Shown piece by piece: positions 12,653 to 23,185 of a stretch of 64,000 bases of DNA (position 1 is the stretch's first letter; each line of letters opens with the position of its first letter). The notes below the pieces were generated by a model. The model was not told the DNA's origin. It searched no databases and was given only the letters and a program-made list of their open reading frames with translations. The stretch lies in assembly GCA_965655095.1 (NCBI GenBank), contig OZ296652.1:42966001-43030000 (forward strand), in the 5' to 3' direction. A program made the position numbers and the translations under genes. This DNA comes from Haplodiscus bocki (taxonomy: Eukaryota).

Positions 12653-13445
12653 TTACTTGTTCTTTTTTGCGTACAGCAGAACGTAATTTCCAGTCGTATC
12701 TTGAGGGTACTTTAGGACAAGCCAGTCCACATACAAGTGTCGCTTGCTGGCTCCGTGAAGAAATGCCAACAATCTGTGGTCCCATTCATCTATGGAACCA
12801 CCTGTGAACACCTGTGTAATCAAATCAAAATACATTGGGTGTTTTTATTTTTCTACACCGCTATCTTAAATTGAACATTTTCAAAAATTCAAAGTTTTGA
12901 AGATGATTGTTATAATTGAAAACGTACCACTGAAATAAGTATTAGGAATAAATGTGCTTTTCTTTGCATATTTCTGTTCATAATTTTGATTATTTTTTGT
13001 GAGTTAAATTTTTGCATGTTTTTTAAATGTATTTTTTTTCCAAATATTTCGACGCAACATGCTTGGTAGTATTAACATGAGAACTACCTGGCGGATTGTT
13101 GCTCGCAAGTTGCTCTGAGTGTGAGTTGAGCCCGTGTATAGAAGTTGAATCTTTCCTCCTCCTCGGCTGATTCCGATAAAGTAGACACCTCTTGTCAGCG
13201 GGGCTGTGCTCATGGCTTCCTTTGCTGATTTCCAATGCATTCTTGTATAATGAGGATAAGGAGCTGAGATTTTTTTGAATACACTCTAAAATTGCGCGAT
13301 AACGTTGTCGTGATTGCACAAAGTGTGAGTACGTGGAGCCAATCTATTTTGTAAGTGAAAGTTGGAGAAGTTATTTGCATGTCTAATACCAGCTCCCTTT
13401 CTACCTTAGCCAACACTGTCAAGGCACTAATCTCTTGAAAATCAA
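12653..13445 (-). CDS. Spliced small GIY-YIG-like protein (exons ~13445-13333, 13285-13088, 12811-~12653; more exons possible)
   Basis: Phase-0 GT-AG introns (13332-13286 and 13087-12812) join one frame: ...IDWLH|SVFKK...HWKSAKEAMSTAPLTRGVYFIGISRGGGKIQLLYTGSTHTQSNLRATIRQ|VFTGGSIDEWDHRLLAFL... The GVY and YTGST motifs match the GIY-YIG hairpin. Confidence 0.6.
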
Positions 13446-13892
13446 CTTAATCTAGGGTATAAACGAACTGATGAATTTGTGATGCATTTCAATTTTCCAA
13501 TATATCAATCATCAGAAAGTTACGTAAAATAAGTATTAAGATTCACTGGTGCCGTACATCATTTAAGAAAAGCTGGAAATGGTCATAAAGTAGGGAAAAT
13601 GTTGAAAGTTGTTGAAGGTGCCAAGTTTTCAGACGGACACTCAGATGTTTTGATTTTTTTTGTTAGTTTGGTTCAATTTCATGTTGATTGCTCTTTCCAC
13701 TAAAACAAATGGCTCGGAGCAAACTTCCGGATGCTTCCTGGTAATAAGAATAGGCTTTACATGTCATTGGAAAATTTTTAGTGGCGAACAATCAAACGGG
13801 GATGCTGCCGCTTCGAAGCGCAGAATGGAATGTTCGTAGGTTTCATGAATTTACTTATTAATCGTGCTGACAAACGTCTTTTAGGTGTAGAA

Positions 13893-14396
13893 ATGACAGA
13901 CTGTCTGCTTGACATTGCGCTGGAAATTGACAGCTCAAGGTTGCCAGAAGTTATGGAGCATCCATCCCTGCTTTGTGATATCTTGGAATCCCAGTCGAAG
14001 CTCATACTTGGGTGTCTCCGTTTTACGCGCATACGACAGTCCTCTCATCTTGAAACCAGTAAGTTGGCCAACTGTCAAAGTTTCAAACGCAAACCGAGTA
14101 CCCGTCTTAATGTGTCATCCCCAAAAGTACCGAAACGAGATGTCAGTCAGATTTTTCAAGATCTAAACATAGTTCCACAGCTGAGTTCAGATTTGCAGTG
14201 TGCCATGTGTGCTTACATAGCTACAACTAAATCGTCTTTGAGGGTTCATTACAAATTGAAACATCTAGGAGGCGCGGATTTGATCGAAACCTGTCCCCTT
14301 TGCAAAAAGTCCATCAAAATGAGAAAGGCACTCAAGAAGCATTTAATCAACGTGCACAAATTAGATGAAAATGCCGCCCAGAAAATGATTAGTTAG
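13893..14396 (+). CDS. Small protein with two C-terminal C2H2 zinc fingers (paralog A)
   Basis: CAMCAYIATTKSSLRVHYKLKH and CPLCKKSIKMRKALKKHLINVH. The ATG at 13893 follows an acceptor-like TTTTAG; the ORF is open from 13830. Confidence 0.85.
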   Translation: MTDCLLDIALEIDSSRLPEVMEHPSLLCDILESQSKLILGCLRFTRIRQSSHLETSKLANCQSFKRKPSTRLNVSSPKVPKRDVSQIFQDLNIVPQLSSDLQCAMCAYIATTKSSLRVHYKLKHLGGADLIETCPLCKKSIKMRKALKKHLINVHKLDENAAQKMIS

Positions 14397-14606
14397 GGCT
14401 ATTTACGAGTAAAAAGTGTATATACCATTTTGTATTTTCTTTAGTATTTTGTTTTTTTTTAACATGGCACTGTCAAGAAAGTTGTTGCTGTTGTAGTTTG
14501 TAATTTAGGATTTTTTCCACATTTGACTGAAAGGAAGATTCTGTATGGGAAACCGGCTCACGCTTAGTTTTTTTTATCCTGTCCAAAACTTCCATTTTTT
14601 CTTTCA

Positions 14607-14905
14607 GAAAGTCTAGTCATCTAGAGTTATCATAAGGAAGTCTCTTTCAGGCAAGTACTTGTTCATTTTGGCGCTGTTTACTGTGCAAACTTCTTAAACA
14701 TTGGGCAGCAAAATGGCGTAACCTAAGAAGACATGATTGACGTATCAATTTTTCGAGTATAAGACCCTATGACAGATAATTGTTTCAATTTGCCTTTTTC
14801 AAACAAATTTTTGATTGACAGCTGGCACAGTTTCAATCACATCTCCGACTATAGCTTCAAATGTCTTTTGGGATAAGGATCTCAACTGACAAGTCAGAAT
14901 GTGTG
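14607..14905. repeat. Old interspersed repeat (homologous to ~57433-57745)
   Basis: Shared blocks AGTCTAGTCATCT, GTACTTGTTCATTTT, TTGATTGACAGCTGG, ACATCTCCGA and ACTGACAAGTCAGAAT occur in the same order at both loci. Confidence 0.8.
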
Positions 14906-15247
14906 TTTATTTTTTGTTCCCGTGTACATTCACCATCTGAGACTTTTCTGCATCCAAGTCGGTGGTCTTCAAGTGGTTATTTTCAATAGTTACTCTGACT
15001 GCCTCTAGACTTCTCTAGTAGCTAAATGCTCTATTTTCGAACCATTAGTTATTAATCTAATAGAAAAGGCTTCTTGTAAAAACTGATAATTTCAATTTTC
15101 CAACATCTCCCTGATAATTTGTTTCCATAAGTTCAAAAGATTTTACAACGGATCTTTGCTTCGAATAAAAATGTTCAAATTTTTATTTACAACCCACGGC
15201 TGAAGTGGTGTGAATTTCTTGCACGCGTTATTTTTCAGTTTTGGGAA

Positions 15248-15721
15248 ATGTCTGCAACAGTTAATTTTTTGATAGAAGCCACTGTCCTGGACCGTGGTTT
15301 CTCCCAAAAGGATATTTTGAATTGTGTCCTTATCAGTTGCATTGATTCCAAGAATATCGGTGTTGTGTCACTAGAATTTTCAAGAGAAGCTAAAGAGTCT
15401 TTAAAACGAAAGCGACCAATGTCCAACACTAGTAAAGCTGCAAAACAAATTCCTGGTCGAAAAGATGTACAGTCAGCATTGAAAGATATCAACTTGATGC
15501 CTGAGATGGGAAATGATCTGGCATGTTCATTATGCACGTACGTTGCAACTCAGAAAGGTAACTTGAAGGTTCATTACAAACTGAAACATCTAGGTGGAGC
15601 CGATTTGTCAATGAACTGCAATTTATGTCAAAAAGTTTGCACTACGAAAAGTAATCTGAAGTCTCATTTGATCTCGAAACATAGTTTGACTCGTGAAGAT
15701 GCTTCCAAGTTATTGAGCTGA
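15248..15721 (+). CDS. Small protein with two C-terminal C2H2 zinc fingers (paralog B)
   Basis: CSLCTYVATQKGNLKVHYKLKHLGGADL...CNLCQKVCTTKSNLKSHLISKH. Shares HYKLKHLGGADL with paralog A. A TTTTCAG acceptor lies 9 nt before the ATG. Confidence 0.88.
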   Translation: MSATVNFLIEATVLDRGFSQKDILNCVLISCIDSKNIGVVSLEFSREAKESLKRKRPMSNTSKAAKQIPGRKDVQSALKDINLMPEMGNDLACSLCTYVATQKGNLKVHYKLKHLGGADLSMNCNLCQKVCTTKSNLKSHLISKHSLTREDASKLLS

Positions 15722-18700
15722 TTGCTTTTGATCGCTTTGCTATTGTTTTTGGTGCAGAAGCAAAACTTGATTTGAAGATCTTTTTAGGTTAATGCGTGAC
15801 TGATGAAATTTCGTTTGTTACTGTTTCAAAAAGTAGATTGATGCCCACAGTTTTGCATTTTAGATTTTAATGCCCAACTTTGACTGTGAATCAAGAATTG
15901 ATGAAATTACATACGAAAGTTCTAATTGAAATAGTTGAGTGATGAAACAGAATTATTGTTTGTTGGATGTGAGAATGCTCTTATATTAAAACTTAAGACT
16001 CATGCATCGGTCCACGTTTTTCTAGCACGTACACATTCAGTCCGTTTCTGCAATAAAGTGGATACCGTTCGATTATGACGTCGAGCCTAGTATAACGTGT
16101 ATTTTCAACCGCCTTGCTGCGGTAAAGGTAGTGGTAGCACGTCTGGTTTTAGCGTCAGTCGGATAAGTCAAATTTTGCCCCTGTGCTAGGCTGACGTTAT
16201 ACTGCAATAACTTGGATAAGTTGTTGCAATCAAAGAGGCGGCCTCAATAAAAATGAGCCATAAATGTTTGACGACCCGCTGTAGTTATAGGAAACTGCTT
16301 CTTTTGGAGAAATAACTGTCCACAACAAAAGTTCTCTTTGTTTCATCAGCTCAACGTAATTGTTAATTCTATAGCCCAGTGCATGTTACATGTTGAGAGG
16401 AGAGAGTTGCTGGTGTGTGAAATTGTTCTGTAAACTTTTGAACATGAGCAAAGGCATTTTGTTTTGCTTGAAGTGAAACCCCCATTATGCATTCCCATTC
16501 TGTCGCCGATACCAGAAAACTGACAAATATAATCGCTGAAAGAAACTACCTGACGTGCATTGGCCCCCGCATAAAGACAATGCATAGGGATGAAAGTTGG
16601 TTATGTTTGCCTCGAGTAATTTTATCACCATGAGCATATAATGATTTCCTGTGAATGATAAATGAACTTTTGTTACTTTGGAACTTAGTGAATTCTTCGG
16701 CCAAAATACTGTCTAATGTGATTACTTCACTCTTTCATATTCGGCCTCTGCGTCATAAATTCTTTGAGCTGTTAGTCTGTCGTCAGGGTGCTAATTGGGT
16801 TGTTGTTGGTAAGTTGCTTTTTATTTTCTTTGAATGGCGTTTTGAGTACAATTGGAACTGGCATTCATAAAATGGAGTTTGTTCGTACTACTTTTTGGAG
16901 ATCTCTTGCGATAAGACTGTGGCCGTGCGCTGTCTTCAGAATTTTAGTTTCGACGTCATACCCTAACGAAACTGTTGAAATGAAAAAATATTTGAAGAGC
17001 ATCCGGTTATTTTTCCTTAATGCAATCAAGCAATCGTCATTCCAATACTACGGTTCGAGTAATCCAAAAGCTATTTTGTCAAAAAACATTCATTTTCCTC
17101 GAACAGAATGTGGCTTGAAAAATTCAGTTTATCACTAGGTCTCAGTCATTTATGAAGAAAAATACTAATCAAATCGTGATTTTCCAACATGTATATTTTT
17201 ATTCTATCTATAAAATCGGAAATTTCATCATCAGTCATTTTCCTCAATTTTGATGGAAAGGCTATGTTTAGGGAATTATCACTTTGGTTGTCTCCTCCGT
17301 TTTTAAGAGAACAGCACTTGAGGTTAATGTTATAAGTTGGGTAACCCAAAATTACTTTTGAAGAGTAAACCTGAAAGCAAAAGTTCAGCCCTAGGAACAC
17401 GAACATCAAATCAAAAAAAAACAATGTTCAATGGCTTTTCTAAGATGGCCATAATAAAAAGGAAGTTTTAGGCCAAAACTATGTCCGTTTGAAAATCTAG
17501 CAGAATTGCTAACGGATAAAAGGAATAGCAGGGAACGCCTATGAGATGGCTGGTTTCTACCGCTAAGTTCAGTACAAAATGATATTTCACAAGCGGATCA
17601 TGAAAATCGAATTAAGTTTTCTCTTGCCTCAAATTTCTTCTGCGAACTCAATTGAAAGTTGGTGCACTTACAAGGTTGGTCTTGTGCCCTCTGCTTGCAT
17701 CGTGGTGTTGGAAACTCTAGCTGATCAATGTAGAATGATTACTACATAGCAATTCTTTTCTCTTCTTTAGCTGGGTCTGAAATTGAACTCATCTGGAAAT
17801 TGCGGCGACTGAAACTGCGAAGCCGAAGGTCTGCGCGTCAATATGAAGAAGACCAAAGTAACGAGCTTTTTCAAATTGGGAAGTTGTGGCAGGTATTGCT
17901 GAGCGTCATTGTTATTATGGAGTCGAGGAAGCTCAATTCCATTTCAAAAATGCAAGCTTTGTTTTGAAAAGAGGTGTTCTTGTGTTTTACATGAACTGAT
18001 CTCGAACATAAACTTCGTATGTAAAAGTTGTATTGTCGTGACAGGCCCTTTGGACTGCAAACCAATCAGTTTTGTTGCCACGGAGACGTCGAAATTATTT
18101 CTCCTCTGTGCTATTTACGCCACAATGTAGCGGCAATTAGCGGGTTGCTGGATCTGTCACTTGGCGTATTAAAACTTCATGGCAAAAATTTTGAGAAGTC
18201 GTCCCTCTGCTAATAAACTGCGGCATGACAGTGCGTTTTAAATTGATAGTGCCAGGGAAAAAGGCTTCTCACTCCTCCAGGTCAATGATTGTAAGTCATC
18301 CATGCTCTTACCACCAGGATCGACAATGGTAAGTAATGTAGCGATGATGCGCTAAATATGCAGTGCCATGCACTTTCAGGATACGAGTTTAAGGTCCCTG
18401 TTAGAAAAGGTAAAACTCAATAACCTAGAGTATTGCTTCTGGTCAAATCGCCTCCGTTGTTTCGGACATATGCGAAGAAACAACAGCGCTATCCATGAAA
18501 TTTGCAGCTTCGGATTTCACTCGATAAAGAACCAAAAATCTTATATCAAAAGAACTGCCTTTAGGTGGTCCAACAAGACGGCCGGCTAGCACCGGCATAT
18601 TTTTCGCCCAATTAAAAATATTTTGATCAACTTTTGCAAACGGTGACAAACGAAACTACTGTTTTGAATTTAGTTTTCGAAGGTTTTTTACAAACATCAA

Positions 18701-18734
18701 TTCCACCACTGATTTCTATACTTTATGCAAAATA

Positions 18735-20130
18735 GTATCACTATTTTCCGTTGAAATTTTTGTCTCACAGTGCCGAAAAATTTCGTAGAGGAACCCTTCT
18801 GTTTCAGAAAATTTCTGGTTTGGAAAAATTTTTGGTTTATGGATAAAAGGGGGAGGGAGGGAGTATCATGATTTTCCGTCGAAAATTTGTCTCACAGTAC
18901 CGAGAAACTTCATGGAGGAACCCTTCCGTGTTTCAGAAAATTTCTGGTATCGAAAAATGTTAGAGAGAAAAGAAGATAAAAGATATCACTATTTTCCGTC
19001 GAAATTGTTTTGTCTCACAGTGGCGAAAAATTTCGTAGGGGAACCCTTTAGTGTTTCACTAATTTCGGGTATCGATAAATTTTGTGCATAAGATGGGGAT
19101 TTCACGATTTTCCGTCGAAAAAAAATTTGTCTCACACTGCCGAAAAATTTCGTTGGTGAACCTTTTTGTAATTCAGAAAATTTCTGGTATCGATAATTTT
19201 TTTGGATAAGAGGGAGGGAGGGAGTATCACGATTTTCCTTCAAAAAATTTTTGTCTCACAGTGCCGAAAACTTTCGTAGGGGAACCCTTTAGTGTTTCAC
19301 TAATTTCGGGTATCGAAAAATTTTATGCATTAGAGGGGTATGTCACGATTTTCCGTCAAAAAGTTTTTGTCTCAGTGCCGAAAAATTTCGTAGGGAAACC
19401 CTTTAGTGTTTCACTAATTTCAAGTATCGAAAAATTTTATGCAGAAGAGGAACCCTTTTGTGTTTCAGAAAGTTCCGAGTATCGATAAATTTTATGCATA
19501 AGAGGGGGATATCACGATTTTCCGTCAAAAAAATTGTTGTCTCACAGTGCCGAAAAAATTCGTAGAAGAACCTTTTTGTAGTTCAGAAAATTTCTGGTAT
19601 CGAAAATATTTATGGACAAGAGTATCACGATTTTCGGTCGAAAATTTGTTGTCTCACAGTAACGAAAAACTTCGTAGGAGAAACCTTCTGTGTTTCAGAT
19701 AATTTCGTGTATCGAAAAATTTATGCATAAGAGGGGGATATCACGATTCTCTATCTGAATTTTTTTGTCTCACAGTCCCGAAAAACTTCGTAGTAGATGG
19801 AACCTTTCGGTGTTTCAGAGAATTTCCGGTTGCGAAAAAGTTAATGAATAAGAGGGGGGGGGGGGGGAGTATCGAGATTGTCGTCGAAAATTTTTTGCCT
19901 CACAGTGCCAAAAAGTTTCGTAGGGGAACCCTTCAGTGTTTCACTAATTTCGGGTATCGAAAAATGTTAGGGATAAGAAAGGGGGCGGGTATCACGATTT
20001 TCCGTCGAAATTGTTTTGTCTCACAGTACCGAAAAATTTCGTATGGGAACGCTTCCTGGTTTCTGAAAAATTTTGCCATCGAAACTTTTCTTGCATAAGA
20101 GGGGGGTGGTATCACAATTTTCTGTCGTAA
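18735..20130 (+). repeat. ~120-bp satellite, ~11 diverged units
   Basis: TTTGTCTCACAGTGCCGAAAAATTTCGTAGGGGAACCCTT...GGTATCGAAAA...ATAAGAGGGG...ATCACGATTTTCCGTCGAAA recurs about every 120 bp. Confidence 0.95.
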
Positions 20131-20144
20131 TATTTAAGTTAAAA

Positions 20145-20215
20145 AATGTAGGTGAAGTCGGATTCGAACCCGCACCTACCGCTTAAGAACCATGTCGTCC
20201 TGCCCACTGTGCCAT
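20145..20215 (-). other. tRNA-derived Pol III promoter module (SINE-head-like)
   Basis: Minus strand has TGGCACAGTGG (A box) and GGTTCGAATCC (B box). No complete cloverleaf. Confidence 0.7.
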
Positions 20216-20267
20216 GGGAACTATTGGAATGGAATTTGACAAATGTCAGTGAAATCATAGAAATTTT

Positions 20268-20335
20268 TGGCACGACAGACTCGAACCCGGACCTACTGCT
20301 TGAGAATCGTGTTGTCCTAACCCCACTGCTGTCAT
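20268..20335 (-). other. Second tRNA-derived Pol III module
   Basis: Minus strand GACAGCAGTGGGGTTAGGAC...GGGTTCGAGTCT, paralogous to the module at 20145-20215. Confidence 0.6.
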
Positions 20336-20430
20336 TTATTTTTGAATAGAAAGAGTTGGCGATTTTTGGACTAAAAAAAACGACCGTACTGAATGAACAA
20401 TTTTTGCATATTACATATGCGGCGAAAAAT

Positions 20431-20935
20431 GACGAGACGGCTGGCTACTAGCGGCATATTTTGCACCTTCCCGTTTTTGTAGAAATCGTTTCGAAAAAGA
20501 TGAAATGGTTTTTTTTCGAAAAAAACACTTTTTCATATTTTCTTTTTCCCACGTTAAAAGCTTTCTGACTTTTTTGCTAAAAAAACCGCATAATTAGGGC
20601 GGAAATGACATTTCTAAGAACTAATTCCATTTGATATGCATTCTAGTGCAAATTTGCCACCTTTGGGGATTTCGAAAAAATTCAAGTTTTTTTCGAAAAA
20701 CGCATCTATTTTTTCAAAAAAGGACCCAAATTTCGAACGTTTTGAGAAATCTTACTATTTCAGTCGCATTCTACGGCAAATTGGTCAGAAAACATTTTCA
20801 CGTTCAGTAGCGTGAACAAACTTGCCGATGTGGTGTGAACGCAATTGGCAAACATCGGGTTAAAAAAACGTCGGAAATGGCCCATTTGAGGAAGATTTTG
20901 CTTTCATTTTCTTAAGAATATGGCGCAAAATAATT
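20431..20935 (+). mobile_element. Helentron/HINE-like element, head-to-tail with the previous copy
   Basis: GAGACGGCTGGCTACTAGCGGCATATTTT ... ATATGGCGCAAAATAAT. Close reverse-complement match to 21736-22125. Confidence 0.7.
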
Positions 20936-21735
20936 TTTCGGATTCATTGTACGTTGAAAGTGATCGGTAAAATTTTGGCATCAGATTTCAGTGTCAGATT
21001 TTCGTGGCAGTGCCGTGGAATACTCTGCCACTGAATTTCGAAAATCTGAAGTTTTGCTACTTCAGATAGAATATCGATTCTAACTATTGATCTTTTTTTA
21101 GGAGGCCGAGCCTTTTTCATACGCCAGTGATGGAAATTCCTGAGAGAATTTTACCTCGCTACATTTTCAGGTCGTTTTTTGTTCAAAGCTCAATGTCGCG
21201 TCGCCGATTCCGCGGATTTTTCTATTTTCTGGAGAGACATTACAAAGACGTGGAATAACCAGAATATTCGAATCTGACATCGAATTTTTGCAGAAGATCC
21301 GAAAATGTTTTTGTTTTGAAAATTGAACTATCTTAATGAAGTATGTCCTATTTGAATTCCTGCACATTGATATTTCAGCCCGTAAATACCATTTGTTGTC
21401 TTAACATATCGAACTTCATTTTGTCATATAGTAGGTTTTGGCTGCGGTGCAGTGATTTTTGATGGATTTGGTAGGAAAGAAACTTTGAAATGAAAGATTT
21501 TTACGGCTCACATCTGGGGGTCGTGTCTTGATAACTGGTTAGCAAAGCTATTGCGTTTTTCATTTGTGTACCAAAAAGGTTCCAATGTGAGATATGGAAT
21601 TTAAACTGCTGTCCGGAGTTTTTTGATGGGATTTTTGTCTGTTGGCATGTAGGTTTTCTTTCGATTAACCTTTGGCAGAAACATGGTCCAAAATCTTTGA
21701 TATTCAAGTTTCCAGTAGAAGTCCGCAACTGTTTC

Positions 21736-22125
21736 ATTATTTTGTGCCATATTTGAAATATGGAAGCAAAATCTTCCTCTCAAATGCGCTATTTCTGACG
21801 TTTTTTTACCCGATGTTTGCCAATTGCGTTCACGCCACATCGGCAAGTTTGTTCACGCTACTAAACGTGAAATTATTTTTTGACCAAGTTGTAGCAAATT
21901 TGCTGTAGAATGCGTATCAAATGGATTTATTTCGTAAAAATGTCTTTTCCGCCCTACTTATGAGGTTTTTTGGCAAAAAATCAGAAATTTTTGAAAGTTG
22001 GAAAAATAAGAAAATATTATGAAGTGTTTTTTCGAGAAAAAACGTTTTCATCTTCTTAAATGCCTTCTTTACGAAACGAAAATGGGAAGGGGTAAAATAT
22101 GCCGGTGGTAGCCGGCCGTCTTGTT
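21736..22125 (-). mobile_element. Helentron/HINE-like element (inverted copy)
   Basis: ATTATTTTGTGCCATATT ... AATATGCCGGTGGTAGCCGGCCGTCTTGTT. The internal TTTGCCAATTGCGTTCACGCCACATCGGCAAGTTTGTTCACGCTAC is the reverse complement of 20807-20852. Confidence 0.75.
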
Positions 22126-22659
22126 ATTGTTTTACTTGATGCAATTTAGTAAATTGTTTTTAGCTAAATTTGTTTTCATGATTTTGACCTCACTCGGTGC
22201 TTGGGTGCTTAAGTGGCCAATTCTTAGTTGAACGTGACACAGAGATGCATATCTAACATTTTCGCAGACATGATTTACGTAGGAAAAATTGTGTGAAGTT
22301 TTCTGGGGTGAAACCTACGAATGGAAAATTTTTGACCAAGGAAAGTGTTTTCTGAATAATGATTTCGAGTTTTTTTCTACCTTGAAGTTCTCTTTTAAGA
22401 AAATCGCGTTTTTCTCATTTTAACCCAAAGCTTTCGTGTACACTAACAGTAGAAAGAAACTTGATATAAAACCAATTTCCTGTTTTCTGTCCGCATATGA
22501 TAGTCTAGAAATATCGCCAAATTCGTAAAATGCTGACTAATGGTTTCAAAATGGATTTTCTGTGATAATACGCTCTCAATTCCTTTTTTATTGGGGCTTG
22601 ATCCACAATTACTTTTTGTAGTCATTTTTAAATTGTGAGTTTTTCTCTTATAGTTTTTC

Positions 22660-23185
22660 ATTTCCTACAAATGATGGTACGAACGTTGGTCTAGAGGCCT
22701 GTGGTGTCGATTTTAGCCAAATTTTAAAGTTTTCCTCATAAACAACAACCAAATAGAATGGTTTTATATGTAGATTGATTTTTGTGGAGCAGTTTCTCAG
22801 GATTCTTTTTCTATTTTTAGAATTGATGGTTCTAACGTTGCCATGAATGGGTGTAGTGTCGATATCGGTTTTTTTTCAGATTTCTTGTCTTTTGAACTAC
22901 TCACTCAATTCCTTTCAATTTTGACCGCTTGAAAAGAATGCTATGTGTAAATTGATATAGCCGGAGCAGTTTTTCAAAATTTTGTTTCTTTTTCTATAAA
23001 TAATCGTCCAAACATTGCTTGAATGCATGTTATTTCGAGTTTAGTCTGTTTTCACAAAAGATTTCTCTTAGTAACTACTCCCTTCTTTTTAACTGCTTTT
23101 TCGAAAGGCAAATAATTGCAGATTTCTTCAAGTGGAACAGTATCTTGTGTCATTTTCTACAAATAATGGTCTAATTTTTCCGATT
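22660..23185 (+). repeat. Highly diverged ~160-170-bp tandem repeat (3-4 units)
   Basis: Recurring (CT)ACAAATGATGGT..AACGTTG...TGTCGAT and GGAGCAGTTT blocks near 22664, 22819, 22996 and 23157. Confidence 0.5.

Larger units (their letters stand above)
18572..20430 (+). mobile_element. Helentron/HINE-like non-autonomous element carrying a satellite array and two tRNA-like modules
   Basis: 5' end AACAAGACGGCCGGCTAGCACCGGCATATTTT (GCCGG/CCGGC stem-loop) and 3' end ATATGCGGCGAAAAAT. The same ends recur in other copies in the window. Confidence 0.6.

Noticed and set aside
17146-18328. Possible exons (minus 17146-17370; plus 17771-17857 and 18281-18328) with plausible splice sites
   Set aside because: No recognisable domain, and they cannot be linked into a gene model from sequence alone.
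18735-20130. Regularly spaced repeats resembling a CRISPR array
   Set aside because: The whole unit is repeated with no unique spacers, there are no cas genes, and the context is eukaryotic. It is a satellite.
20145-20335. Possible tRNA genes
   Set aside because: A and B boxes are present but the acceptor and anticodon stems are not convincing, and they sit in a dispersed repeat. Treated as tRNA-derived.
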